Below are positions 13,836 to 31,615 of a stretch of DNA of 64,000 nt, piece by piece. The translations under genes and the position numbers were made by a program. This DNA is from Camelus dromedarius (taxonomy: Eukaryota). The stretch lies in contig NC_087437.1 in the NCBI RefSeq assembly GCF_036321535.1, positions 89,530,001 through 89,594,000 of the forward strand. The letters run 5' to 3'. The notes below the pieces were generated by a model. The model was not told the origin of the DNA and did no database searches. It was given only the letters and a program-made list of their open reading frames with translations. Position 1 is the first letter of the stretch. Each line of letters begins with the position of its first letter.

Positions 13836-15674
13836 AAATTATATGTTGTTACGTCCATTCCATTCCCATTCTTCTATGTAAATTTACCTGTAATATCCTA
13901 AATTTCTCATCTTCACTTTTATTAAAATCTTAGCATCCTTCCAACTGTAACTGAGAGTCTTCCAAGATGATTCTACCTTCTTTCGTGTTCCAGTAGCTCT
14001 CAAATTATATCTCTCACATATCTTCTTTATTATTTTCTGCCTTGTGATATAAATATTTGTAATAATTCATCTTCCCTGAGATTCTGTAGGTTTCTTGAGA
14101 CCTAGCACCACAAACATTTGTGTACTGAAAGCAATCCAGCACAGATCCGGGCAAACAGTACTCATTGTATAAAGGTGTGCTGAAAAAATTCATTAATTCA
14201 TTCATGCCTTTATTTAATCAGCAAACATTGCCAGGATCACTACTATGTATGCCTGGTTCTGTATGAGATACTAGTTATTAAAAATGTCTTTTCTAGTTAT
14301 CACGAAGTTCCTTTTTTTTTTTTTTACCTCTAAAGCCAGAGATTCAGCACATTTATTGTGCTAAGAACTCCTATTTGTCCATAAAAGAGAGCAATATGAA
14401 CACAGCACAGACATCTCCTTGGGTGATTAAACAGCACTCAAACATCCTTGTGTATCTGGGCTCCATTCTCTCTCTCAGGTGTAGAGATCCACACAGCCGA
14501 GATGACCTGTGATGTCAGTCTGTTCCTGCTTACAGTCCTGACTCCTGCTTTGTTAAACAGCGTGATGAGCCAGCTAGTCAGTTTCTCCCTCTCAACTCCA
14601 AAGGCACTACTCCGCGCTTCCAATTATGTAATAGATTGTGCTGTGGCGGTGACTGCTGATAACATTTTTACCACATATAGCCAGGCTCTGCATCATGCAA
14701 CCACATTAAATAACAACCTAGCAGCTCTGTAGAAGAGAGGCAATCTAGTCTGGATGACAAAACATTATACTTTATGTTAAATTTTAGACTGTGGCCTCAC
14801 AAAGTTTCAGGGAAAAAGAAGGTGGTCCCAGGGTACAATGACAGGATTGCATTTCTATGCTGGCATGTACAATTTTCACCTCACAGGATTCCTAGGAACC
14901 ACTTTTATTTTTATAGTGCCTTGAGCTAAGCCACTGTGTTCACTGGTCTCGTAAAGTTTCAAATCTGATTCATCTACTACTTCTTTTATTTTTACAGAAA
15001 TCCTATCGAAAAATGAAAAGTAGTATTTCATGTTTTTATTCTAATACAAAAAAAAACCCTCTAAAATATCAGCTATATAGAGCTATTAATGACACTAATT
15101 TCTCTCTTCACAGTTTAGGAGATGTAACTTTTTTTTTTTTTTTTTTTAACATTTCCTGAATTTCTGGAAGATTTTGGCTATACCCCTCTGGCAAGGATTG
15201 ACTTTAATCCTGTTAGATTCCTAGCTGTGTTTCCAAAGTTTCTTAACTCTGGAAAAACACTAGTCATTTATATTGGGACACTATTAGAAAGATAAAGTAT
15301 GTTTCAAACCTATTACCTATCTTCTACTTTAAGTGCTTACCCTAACATTTTACTACATTTTTTCAAAATTAATGCAAAGTTGAAAGATTTTATAATAAAT
15401 ACCCGTATATCATTAACTTTCGTGAAACTTACTTTTTAAACATACGTATCGATTCCTCTACCTATCCAGGAATCTATCTTATTTTGGACACATTTCAAGT
15501 AAATTGATTGTAGACATCAGTTAGTTTTACTGTAGATACTTTAGAACACAAAGTATGACTAGAGTTCAATATTTATTTATAATTTTTCTTTTAATATAAA
15601 ACTTACACACAATAAAATGCACGGATTTTGAATGTAGATCCACTGATTTCTGACACAGCCTAAAACTGTGTAAC

Positions 15675-15984
15675 TGTAGTAGAGAATAACCTTTATTTTG
15701 TTAGAGGTTTACAGGCTCACCATGACCTAGCCCACGGGAACAGCTGCAAGAACAAAGGATGCCTGCAGCAAGATTACAACAATCAACCGGACCCCCTCCC
15801 TTATTTTTTGTATAAAAGGAACCTGTATTCTGACTAGAGCAGGATGGTTCTCCAAGACGTTAGTCGGCCATCCTCTTGGTCTGCCAGCTTTCCAAATAAA
15901 GTCGTTATTCCTTGCCCCAACACCTCGTCTCCCCATTTACTGCCCTGTCGTGTGGCGAGCAGAACGAGTTTGGACTCAGCAACA
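15675..15984 (+). mobile_element. ERV1 solo LTR (MER41-like)
   Basis: TGTA...AACA ends, TATAAAA and AATAAA (15895), perfect 4-bp TSD TAAC at 15671-15674 and 15985-15988. Confidence 0.85.
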
Positions 15985-18380
15985 TAACCAAAATCTGTCA
16001 AGATATTTACAAACTTCGCTCTCAGACATCTCTCTCAGTCCTCCTTTCCAGACAATATCCTCCACTCCACCCTCAGGGTCAATCTTAAAACTCTGACTAT
16101 TTTTTTCCACTTTGTATTTTAGTAGCTACTAATCTGTATTCTTGAGTCAAGAAATTTAGCAAACTTTGAAACAGAAACTACAAAAACATAAGAATGGTCC
16201 AGAGTGATGGGGTAAAGGCCTCTGAAAATCTGCCTCTCCATAAAAGCCAAAAGAGTACTAACAAAAACTGTCAAAAGCAACTGTTTTAGAACTCTGGAAA
16301 TTACTAAAGACTTGTAACTAGGGCATTTATTAAAAAGGCATTTATTAAAAAGAAGAAAGAAATAAACAGCTGAATCTCAGCTTTAAGAAAGGAAAGTGAG
16401 ATTTGTGTCACTTTAATTTGCCCTAATCATATCCCTTTCTAATTCTTCAGTGGCTTTGAAAACCGATAGCCTGGCAACTGTGGTAGCTCTGAAAACCGTG
16501 CTAGAAGCTATGGAGGAGTGAGGACAGATCTGCAGTGCCACAAACCCTTATCTCCAACTGTTACTATTCGACCTGTCTGGCAGCTTGCTGGAAGCTTCAT
16601 TATCAGACTTTGTCTTAATTTAAACTGATTCTAGAAGTTTACTCAGTGGGAACAGTCACATCCCCAAGGCATTTGTGGTAAATGATCAGGGCTAATTGCT
16701 TAACACTGAAGCTGTCTGGGTGGAACTAACAAGAGTCTGAAAAAAATCTTAAAAAGAAAACACTGAGAAATAAAATGTCATATTCCTCTGACATATTCCC
16801 AGGAATCTAGCGGGCCATGCATTTATGACGTGCTTTGCACGTGCCTAGGGAAGACATGAGAAGACCCGACTCTCTCTCTTCTGACTGACCTTAAGGCTCT
16901 CCTCAAGCAAGTAAAGGCTAAGGAAAAGTTGCAAACTACCTGTCAAACCATTAAACACACACCTCAAGACACACGTGGAAACTCTTGGTAGAGGCTCGGA
17001 GATTTAATGGTTCAGAACATCTAAGGAAATCTCCATCCAATCATTAGCTGACAACAGAACTAACCAGAGACTTCAATGGCCTCACATGAAACAGAATACT
17101 GACTTCAGAGAATTAGTCCAGGCAAGTCACTGAACAAACAGAAGCAGCATCAAGCAGTGAAAACAACGTATCCCGGAGGGAAGTGGTAGTTGATTTCTAG
17201 AGTTTCCACAATATATTACTTTTTAAAAATCAAGTTGTTAGCTTTTTTTTAAAATAAATGTCAACTGTAATCCACAGAGCAGGCTTTAAGAAAATAACTA
17301 AAATATATATAGTAAAAGAAGCAACAAGAGAATTGAATCGGTGTACTAGAAGATATTTAACACAAAAGAAGGCAGCAATAAAAAAACTTGAGGAACAAAA
17401 AGTAAACAGAACATATCCAAAGAAAATAATTAAATGGGAGACATAAATCATACTTTATCAGTAATTACATTAAATATAAGTGGATTAAACACTCCAACTC
17501 AAAGGTAGAAATTGGTAGAGTGAGTTTTAAAAGTGATTAACAATATATTATCATAGGAGACACATTTAAAATTAGATACAGATAGACTGAAAGTACAACA
17601 GTGTAAAAAGTTAAACAATGCAAACAGCACCAAAAACACAGCTGTAGTGGCTATGGTATCATACATAAAATAGACTCTAAAACAATTTTGGTAGACACAA
17701 AGAAGGCTATTTTAAGGTAAAAAAGGATCAACTCATCAGGAAGACATGAAAATTATAAACAGTATGTACTTAACAACTGAGCCCCAAAATACAGAAAGCA
17801 AAAAGTGACAGAAGTAAAAGTAGAAATAGACAATTCAATAATAATAGTTAGAGAATTTAATATCCAATTTTCAGTAATGCATGGAACAAGAGAGAAGATT
17901 AAGAAGAAAATAGAAGACTTAAGTAACACTATAAACCAAGTAGACTTAACAGATAGCTATAAATCATTCTATCCAACAATAGCAGGTGACACATTCTTCT
18001 CAAGTGCACGTGGAACATTCTCTAATATATACCATTTGCTATACCATAAAACAGGTTTAAATACATTCAAAAAGATTTAAAGTATACAAAATATACTTTC
18101 TCTGGCCAAGTGGAGTACAATTAAAACCAATGCAGAAGAAAATTTGCGAAACTCATAAATGCATATAAATTAAACAACTCAATTTTAGAAAAGGAAAAAA
18201 AAAAGATAAATTTTAAAAATACATTGGGATGAGTGAAATGAAAACAAAACATCCCAAAACATAGTGAATGCAGCTAAAGCAGTGCTTAGAGGGAAGTTGA
18301 TATCTGTTAAATACTTATATTAAAAATGAAAGTAATTTCAAATTAATAGCCTAACCTTCCATCCTAAGAATCTAAAAAAC

Positions 18381-21690
<3,310 letters not shown>

Positions 21691-23115
21691 TAATAATCTA
21701 GGAAAAAAACCTAAGTCAAGCAGAAGAAAGATAATTATAAAAACCAGAGTGGGAAAAAAAAATAAAGAAGAGGAAAACAATAAAGAAAATGAATGAAACC
21801 AAAAGCTGGTTCTTTGAAAAGAACAACAAAATTGGCATGCCTTTATCTATACTGACCATAAAAAAAAAAAAAAAAAAAGAATCACATCTTTAAAACAAAA
21901 ATGAAAGAAGGGACACAATTACTACTCTTGCAGAAATAAAAAAGGATGATAAGGGGGAAAATACTATAAATTATATAGCAACAAATTAGGAACTAGATGA
22001 CATAAACAAATTTCTGAAGACATAAATACTGACACTGACCCAAGAAGAAACAGAACATCTAAGTGGACTTACGATAACTAAAGTAGTTGAATTAATATTT
22101 AAACAAACTTCCTACAAAGAAAAGTTCAAACCACATGACTTCACTGATGAATTCTAACAAATGTTCACAGAAGAGTTAACAAAAATCCTTCACAAGCCTT
22201 TAAAAAACAGAAGAGAAGGGAATATCTCTCAATTTAACCCATGAGGCAAGTAGTTCTTTGATACAACAAAACAAAACAAAATAAAATCCCAAGGGAGGGG
22301 GGAAAACATACAAATCAGTATCCCTTATGGACTAGATCCAAAAAAATTCTCAAAAAAAAAAAAAAAATGCTGGCAAACCAAATCCAGCAGCACTTTAAAA
22401 GAGTAATACATCACAATCAAACAGGATTTATCCCAAGAACACAAGTTTTGTTCAAAATATGAAAATTAATAATTGTGGTACATACACTATAATAGAATAA
22501 GTGAAAAAACCCTCATGATCATCTAAACAAACACAGAAAGAACATTCAGCAAAATCCAATACCCTTTCCTGGTAAAAACATTCAACAAACTATTTCTCAC
22601 TCTGATAAAGGGCATCAATGAAAACCCACAAATCTGATCATAGTTAATAGTGAAAGACTGAATATTTTCCCCTTAAGCAACAACAAAGATACCCATCACT
22701 TGTATGCAACACTGTACTGAAAAATTTTGCCCAAGCAATTAAGTAAGAAAAATAAATAAAAGTTTCAGATTGGAAAGAAAGATGCAAAATGCAAAATTAT
22801 CTCTATTCACAGGTGATATAACCTTGAAGAGAGAAATCCCAGTAATCAAAAAAAAAAAAAATTAGAACTAAGAAAGTTCAACAAAGTTTCAGGGTTAAAG
22901 ATCAATGTACAAAGATGATTTGTATTTTTATATATTGCCAATGAAAAATCCAAATAAAATTTAAAGACAAATTTATTTTGCAATAGGATTGCCAAAAAAT
23001 ATGTAAATACTTAGGAGCAAATTAACAAAAGAAGTGAAAACTTATACACTGAAAAATCAAAAAGAAAATCATTGGGAAAAAATAAAAAAAGATGACCTCA
23101 ATAAATGTAAGATAG

Positions 23116-26100
23116 AAAAATCAACTGATAGTCTTATGAGGGTTCCCTCATTTATGCCTCTTTTTTTTTCCATGCTGTCTTTAGAATTTTCTCCTTATCC
23201 TTACATTTTTCATTTTAATTATATGTCATGATGTAGGTCTGTTTGGGTTCATCTTGTTTGAGACCCTCTGTACTTCCCTCTTCAGGCCAGAAAGGAGCAG
23301 CATGATATTCAAAAGGCTGAAAGGGAAAAACCTGCAACCTTAGCTACTCTGCCAGGCAATATTATCATTTAGAATTGAAGGAGAGATAAGGAACATCTTA
23401 GACAAGCAAAAACTAAAATAGTTCATCAATACTAAACTTACCATGAAAGAAATGTTAAAGGGTCTTCTCTAAGAAGAAAAGAAAAGGTTGTAACAAGTAT
23501 CTCTAAGAAAGGGAAAATCTCACTAGTGAAGGCAAATATACAATAAAGGTTGAGGATCAACCACTTAAATAAGCTAATATAAATATTAAAAGACAAAAAA
23601 TTATAAAATAAATTATAACTACAATAACCAGTAAAGGGATAAACATGAAGATATAAAATGTGGCATCAAAAACACAGTGTCAGGAGGAGAGTAAAAAAAG
23701 AATGTAGATCTTTTAGTGTGTTTGAACTTAAAGGACTACTTATTTAATACAAGGAGACACAGTTATAGGTCAGCAAATATGAACCTCATGGTTACCACCA
23801 ATGGAAAACCTAAAACAGATCCACAAAAACAAGAGAGAAAAGAACAGAAGCATACCACTAAAGAAAAATAATCAAATCAAACCACAAGGTAAAAAAACAA
23901 AAAACAAACAAACAAACAAAAAAAACCTAAAAGAAATAAAAGAAAAGAGAAGAAATACAAAGACAACCAGAAAATAAGTAACAAAACAGCAAAGAGCATA
24001 TCTATCAAAAATCATTTTAAATGTCAAGAGACACAGGGTGGCTGATTGGATAAAAAAAAATAAAACCCATTAATATCTTGCCTATTAGAGGCTCACCTCA
24101 GAGCTAAAGCACACACAGAATGGGTGAGGGGATAGAAAAAGATATTTCATGAAAGAACAAGAGAGTGGGGGTGGCAATACCCGTATCAGACAAAACAGAG
24201 TTTAAAATAAAGTTAGTAACAAAATTAAAAGAAGGGTATTGTACAATTATAAACGGATCAATACAAGGATAGGATATTACACTCATTAACATATATGCAC
24301 CCAATGCAGGAGCACTGAAATACAGAAAGCAAATTTTAACAGATATAAATTTGAGAAATCTATAATAATACAACAATCATAGGGACTTTAACACCCCACT
24401 TACATCAATGGACAGATCATCCAGACAAAAAAAAAAAATCAATAAGGAAACAGTGGTCTTAGGTCCTATTTGACAAAAAAGACTAGTTGGATTTAGTAGT
24501 TATCTATAGGACATTCCATCCAAACACAGCAGAATGCATATTCTTTTCAAGTGATCATGGAATATTCTCCAGGATAGATCACTTGCGAGACCACAAGCCT
24601 TAAGTTTAACATAACACAAAGCATATCAAACTTTTTTCCAGCCACAACACTATGAAACTACAAATCCACTACAGGAAGAAGATAAGAAAAACTCAAAAAA
24701 CACAAGGAGACTAAATAACATGCTACTAAAAAAATCAATTGGACAATAAAGAAATCAAAGACGAAATCAGGAAATGCCTCAAGACAATGAAAATGGAAAC
24801 AGTTCTCTAAAATCTATGGGAGGCAGCAAATGCAGTTCTAAAAGGGAAGTTTATAGCAAAACAGGCCTACCTCCAGAAATAAAGAAAAATCTCAAATAAA
24901 TAACCTAACCTTCCATTAAAAGGAATTAGGAAAAGAATAATAAACAAAGCCCAAAGGCAACAGAAGGGAATAATGAAGATCAGAAAGGAATTAAACAAAC
25001 ACCAAAAAAAAGAGAAAAGATCAATGAAACCAAGAGCTCATTTTCTGAAAAGATAAATCAAACTGATAAACCTTTAGCCAGGTTCATCAAGAGGAAAAGA
25101 GAAAGAATCCAAAATAAATAAAATAAGAGACTGAAGAGATTTAATCCAAAATGAATTGAAGATCTAAATGTAAGAACTGAAACCATAAAACTCCTAAAAA
25201 AAAACAAAGGCAGAACATTCTTTGACATAAATCACAGCAATATTTTCTTGGATCAGCCTCCTAAGGCAAAAGAAATAAAAGCACAAACAAACACATGGAC
25301 CTAATTAAATTTAAAAGCTTTTGCACAGCAAAGGAAACCACTGACAAAATGAAAAGACAACCTACTTAATGGGGGAAAATATTTGCAAATTATATGACTG
25401 ATAAGGGGGTTAATATCCAAAATATATAAACAGCTCATACAAATCAATATTAAAAAATCTGATTAAAAAATGTGCAGAGGACATGACTAGACGTCTTTCC
25501 AGAGAAGATATACAGATGGCCAACAGTCACATGAAAAAAATGCTATCATTAATCATCAGAGAAATGCAAATCAAAACTACAATGAGATGTCACCTGATAC
25601 TTGTCAAAATGGCTACCATCAAAAAGTTGACAAATAAAACAGGGAAAAAAGGAAACCTCAGTACAGTGTTAGTGGGATTGTAAACTGGTACTGCCACTAT
25701 GGAAAACATTTCATCAAAAAACTGAAAAATAGAACTACCATATTATCATATGATCCAGCAATTCCATTACTGCATATGTATCTGAAGAAAACAAAAACAC
25801 TAATTCAGAAAGATACATGCATTCCAATATTCATAGCAGCATTATTTAGAACAGTCAAGATATGAAAGCAACCCAAGTGCTCATTAACAAATGAATGGAT
25901 AAAGAAGATATAGTATGTACATACAGTGAACTATTACTCAGCCATAAAAAAGAATAAAATTATGTCACATGCAACAATGTAGTGGACCTAGATAGTATTA
26001 TCTGTATTAAAATAAGTCATACAAAGACAAATACTTTATGTTACCATTTACATGTAGAATCTAAAATAAAACATAAATATATATTTAAAGACAGAAACAG

Positions 26101-26320
26101 ATACAGAGAGCACACTTACTAGTGGGGAAAGGAAAGGGGGAGGGGCATGATAGGGGAACGGGATTAAGAGATACTAACTACTATGCATTAAGTAAATAAG
26201 CAACAAGGATATATTGCATAGCAAAGGAAATATAGGTATTTTTGGTAATAATTTTAAGTGCATAATCTATAAAAATATTGAATCAATATGTTGTACATCT
26301 GAAACTAATAGTATGAATCA
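23116..26320 (+). mobile_element. Nested LINE-1 with 5' inversion (23116-23278 minus) and an internal ORF2 deletion near 25140
   Basis: An inverted ORF1 segment abuts the next ORF1 segment (cttcaggccagaaagg). EN domain ~24000-24700, then a jump to C-terminal ORF2. The 3' end lacks a poly(A). Confidence 0.85.
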
Positions 26321-28196
26321 AGAAAAGCCATTTATTAAAAGATACTAGGGAGAATTCATAGGTTTTCTAACCAGGCCAGTCTGAAGAGCAGTATCTAATC
26401 ACATTTTAAATGTTTCTCTGAGGGCTACAAAGCCATGCGGGAAATGATAACCACAAACGGAATTCTGCTGACTAAGCAAATAGAGCCCCTGGCTATAATC
26501 TGGGAAATGCAGGAAAGACAAAGCATGGCCTGGCCTTGGGGAGATCACTCTAATCTGCAGGGGAGTCAAGAAAAGGCAACTAAACCTCACCTACCCCTGG
26601 ACCCTACACTAAAACTTTAGGCCTTCAGGGCAAGAGAATTGCAATCTCTTTTCTAGGGCTTTCAGATAAAGTTTCCCAAGCATTCCTAGCTGGTAAATAG
26701 TTAAAACAGGACTCCATCCAGGGTCTAGGTCTTGATGCTCAAATGTGGTTTGTGGTCCATCGGTGGCAGCACCACCAGAGCTTGCTACTACCTCACACTC
26801 TCACTGCACATTTCTTGGCAGGTAAGAGGACAGTAATTTCTGTGTTGCCTCCTACAGAGGCTGGTTGTAAAAGTCTTTGATGAAGTTTTTAGAGCCTTGC
26901 AGAAAAATGAGCAAATTTAGGATAGTATAGTGAATTTTTCAAAAAGTCAATTTTAGGCTAAAGGACTTTTTTTTACAAAAAATTACCTCCTTGCTCTTTT
27001 TCTATGATCATGTCTTTTCATGTGTGGTGGTGATGGTGTACAATAACATTTTCTCTCTCAGATATCTTCATTTGACAAAATACAAAGCTGGATACACTGG
27101 TGATAATATTTTCTTCTTTTTAAAATTGTACTAGTCTGTGAAACCCCCAAGTCTGTGATCCATCATGTGAAAATGCTTGGAAAGCTACAAAACTATAATA
27201 AAACATGAGCTGTTACTATTTTTCTCATTTAAGCACAGAATACTTCCAGAGAAAACTCCTGTTTGAAGGGAAGAAGGTCATGCTCAGTGCCCAGAAATGT
27301 CAATGTCTTCACTGTCTCCTGGACTGCTTGGTTCATGGGAAGGAAGAGAAGGACCCAACTAGGTGATCTGGTCCTTGTGCCCCTCGGATAACACTAGAAG
27401 GTGTTAGGGCCCTCAAGTCCCATGCCTCAGATCCCTGAGTTTTCTGGTAATAAAGTGAATCCTTAAAGTGAAAGTCACTTTTTTGCCACAGTTTCATTTT
27501 CATTTCACTGGGCACATGCCTTGTCTTACAAGGGGAAAAGAAAAGATTTGTTGCTAGGTTGATCTTTTTTACAAACTCTGCTATTGTAGGAACAGAAACT
27601 TGTTGTAAGTGAAAATAAATGTTACCCTTTCCTATACAAACATTTAGAAAGAAAATAAATCTTTTAAAGCATTGTTTAAAAAAAAAGGCAAGATAGCCGC
27701 TGTTTATGGATGAGAAGGTTAAATATGATTGAAAGAGCAAAACACCCCAAATCTGATCTACAGATTCAATGCACTCCCTTGCAAAATCCTAACTCCCCTT
27801 TTTGCATAAATTAACACAATGATCCTAAAAATCATATGAATTGCAAGAAAACCTGAATACCCAAAACAATCTTTAAAAAGAATAAAGTTGCAGGACTCAC
27901 ACTTGCCACTTTTTGCATCATTGTTACTGTGACTTTGAAATCAAACAGAAACAACATATTTATTTCTGGAACCTAAAATTCCTGCTCTTTTCCATCCTTA
28001 ATCTACCATACTTCCTGCTTTAATGCAAATGTTCATACATTCTTGCCAGACATACATTAACATAAATTTTTAAATTACATAAAAATTCTTTCATGAAATA
28101 TTTATTTAAAATTTGAATGGAAAAGGAACCACCCACTTAATTCCTCACTCTTTTTTTCCAGATTAGCTAACCACAATTACTAAAAATTGCAACCCA

Positions 28197-29557
28197 CACT
28201 CAGCCAGCTACTTCGAATCTTTGTGGACTCCTTCGCAGTGCAGCTCCTCAACCTCCACCTCACCGTAGCCCTTGCTGGTCTGCAAATCCTGGGGATCGTC
28301 CTGTCACTGCTTGGCTGGGTGAATGCCCTGGTGTCCTGGTGCCCTGCCCCTGTGGAAAGTGACTGCCTTCATCGGCAACAGCATCGTGGTGGCCCAGGTG
28401 GTGTGGGAGGGGCTGTGGTTGTCCTGCGTGGTGCAGAGCACAGGCCAGATGCAGTCCTGACTCACTACTGGCGCTGCCGCAGGACCAGCAGGCTGCCGGA
28501 GCCCTCAGCATCATCACTCTCTTATGGCCCTGCTCGGCTTCCTGATCTACCTTGTGGGAGCCAAGTGCACCACCTGCGTGATGGACAAGGACTCTAAGGC
28601 CCAACTGGTGCTCACCTCAGGGATCATCTTTGTCATCTCGGGGATCTGGACCCTGATACCTGTGTGCTGGACAGCCAACACCATCATTCGAGACTTCTAC
28701 AACCCCCTGGTGGCTGAGGCCCAAAAGTGGGAGCTGGGAGCCTCCCTCTATGTGGGCTGGGGTGCCTCCAGCCTTTTGTTGCTGGGTGGGGAGCTACTGT
28801 GCTGCACCTGCCCCACTTGGGGGTCCCAGGGCTCCAGCAATTACATGGCCCAATACTCGGCATCAGCCCCACATACCACCTCCCGGGGTCCCTCTGAGTG
28901 CCCCACTAAGAATTGCGTCTAATTTGGGTAGGGGAGTATGGGCTCCCTTGGCAGTGGAGCCTAACCGCTGAGATGGAACCCTGGAGGTGGTGATCCATAA
29001 CAGCTTTAGGGTTGGTTTTGCTTTTTATTTTGGGAGACGGCAGGGGTCGTTAATCCATTTGGTAACCCACCTGGGCTCTGCTACTGGTGTTCCTCACCTT
29101 TGGGTTATGGAACCAAAGAGGTGATGCTTCCAAGTTTCTGGCTCTTTCTCCAACCTGGACATCCCCATCTCAGACCAACCCTTGACCTGTGGGCCCAGTG
29201 TGAAGGCTGCTTGCTGTCCAGATGCTTTTATCCTGTCCCCAAGAGTTCCCACTGTTTTGGGGGGCAGGGCCTCCCTAGGCTCACAGGGACAAGCCTTCCT
29301 GTGATGGTGAGGCCTCTGGAACCCCCAGGGGTTTTGAGCCTCACATAGCCCCTAGGAGAGCAGGCAATAAGTTATCAAAGAACCAACCACCCACCTCCAA
29401 GTCTTCTGATCTCTGGCTCCTCCATCCTGAGTTGTTATGTCCCTGCCGTGTGACCCCTGACCCTTTCATTTCCAGCCCCTGTACACTTCTATCATGCCCT
29501 TCCCACATTCACCAGTTTTCACTAAATAAAGCATGTTTTGTTAAAAAAAAAAAAAAA
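28197..29557 (+). pseudogene. CLDN6: Claudin-6 processed pseudogene, full length
   Basis: Translation matches recalled CLDN6 ([15 protein letters not shown]...[23 protein letters not shown]...[12 protein letters not shown]). Start codon is GTA at 28265, with frameshifts near 28340, 28457 and 28520. 5'UTR and 3'UTR present, AATAAA 29525-29530, poly(A) 29543-29557, TSD TTGCAACCCA at 28187-28196 and 29559-29568. Confidence 0.95.
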
Positions 29558-31134
29558 CTTGCAACCCAAATTTAATATAGACACTGGAAGACAGATACAT
29601 ATTATTTAATGCTATAAACCTTTAAAATATCCCTCTGAATTTTTAAAGGTAATAATGCCTTACAATCAAAGAGGATTTTAGTATTTGCAAATATCATGCC
29701 AGTTCATATAAGAATGCTTTTACTAATGAAATCATGACTTAAGATATATTAAGCCAGCATATAATTGTTCTCTATTTTATAGACTGTATCTTCGTTTTCT
29801 TTCAAGAATAAACTTTGTTGGCCATACAATAATTTGAAACTCAGCAGTCCAGGTAAAGAAATTCAAACACTGACACTTCTGTATGAATGAAGTCTTACAC
29901 GATGAAAAACACTTAGAATTCCAGAGCTACCAGAAATACTGATACTGTCTAGCCAAAGCTCTCACTTCTAATGACACAGGTCTCTCAGACATTTTTACCT
30001 CAATGTTTTTTCCTTTGTATAAAGAACACACACACATAATTCATGATTAATACTGTAGGAATAAAGTACAAATGAAAAACACCTTTTCACAGTTTCCCTT
30101 CTTTCTCTTACTTTCCTTCTCTAAAATTCAGTTTTATATAATTTATCTTCTCACTTTTTTTGGATGGTGATTCTAAACTCTAAGCATAATGCTCAAAAAC
30201 ACCATATATTATTTAAGCAAAGATATGTATTGAATGCATTCCTGTAGACATTAGGCCCCAGGGCAGCCCCTTTGAAAATGTTGCTTAGTGGTTAAGTCTA
30301 GACAATATATTCTTAGCTACAACTGCGTACCCTAATCTATTTCATATACAGTCAACTGCTAGTGCATGGTTTGTGTTCTGCTGCCACTGACAGTATCTGA
30401 AAATTCACACAGAACTAAGCTTTTTATCCCATAACTTTTTAAGCATTTCAATGAAATTAGACATTGTGACTGACAGACTAACTTGGCGGACTTTTTTTTT
30501 TCCCCTGTAATGAAATTAATCATTGCCTCTAGGAGTGAGTCAAACTTTCTCTGAATTCAATTTGACCATGCGGATTTTACAACTCACTTGAACTATTTTG
30601 CTGCTGGCAAAGAATCTCTCCGTCAGCCACTGCTGTAAACTTTGCATTTGGCATCTTTTGAACCATGAAGACAAACACAATAATAAAAGGATATGACTAA
30701 GAAGCTAACGGCTTTTGCATCAGTGTTTCTTATATCAGTGGTGGTTCAGCAGATTCTGTGTAATTTTTACCTGGGGATAGAGCTAAGTTAAGAATATGTC
30801 TTTTGAAGTTAAAGATAAAAGGTCATCATTTCCTGGGCAGGTATAGATGAAAAGGCAAATTACAAGATACCAGTAGAGTTCAGAATGGCATAGGGCCTCA
30901 ACGCATTTTGCTGGAGGAAAAAAAAGTTGTACAAACACATTGAATAACTGGCACACACATCATTTTTTCCCCTCAATTCTTCTATAGTCCCACATCTGCC
31001 AAGGAAAATAGTTTCATCTGAATTAGCTCTGAAACCATCTTATTTTGAGCAGTTATTTAATGGATCTTCCCTATCATAGAAGGGTAGGGGAATTAGAGGG
31101 GAGACACAGTAAGAGACTGGATTAAAAATGGGGT

Positions 31135-31615
31135 GAATCAGGCTAAGTTCTCCAGAGAAATAAAACCAATAGAGTGTGCATGTGTGCACAAATATGTGTT
31201 ATAAGGAATTGTCTTATGTGATTACAGAGGACAAGAAGTCCCAAGACCTGCAGTCAGCAAGCCAGAGCACCAGGAGAGCCTATGGTACATGTTCCAGACC
31301 AAAAGCCAGCAGGATCAACACGCAAGGAGAGCCAGTGTTGCAGTCTGAGTCCGGAGGCTGGAAGGGACCAACATCCCAGCTCATTTAGTCAGGGAAGAGG
31401 ACTTCCTCCTTACTTAGCCCTTTTCTTTTATTCAGATCTTCAACTGATAGGATGAGGCCCACCCACAACAGGGAAGGTTGTTTTTATTCCATTTACCAAT
31501 TCAAATGTTAGTCTCATACAGAAACTCCCCCACAGACACACCCAGAATAATGCTTGGCCAAATGTCTGGGCACTCCACTGCCCCATCAAATGGCCACATA
31601 AAATTAACTACCACA
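31135..31615. mobile_element. ERVL LTR (MLT2-like)
   Basis: ttctccagagaaataaaaccaatag...cacagacacacccagaataatg...aaaattaactaccaca. Confidence 0.85.

Noticed and set aside
26987..27740. Exon-like segment 26987-27135 and the 135-aa minus ORF 27333-27740, with a superficially FSIP2-like KLWQKSDFHFKD
   Set aside because: Both lie mostly inside the inferred L1-transduced segment, and the ORF start overlaps L1, so they are not native to the locus. This also shows that by-eye motif and phase matching can arise by chance.
28187..28971. Overlapping alternative ORFs on both strands
   Set aside because: Frameshifted or antisense readings of the CLDN6 pseudogene.
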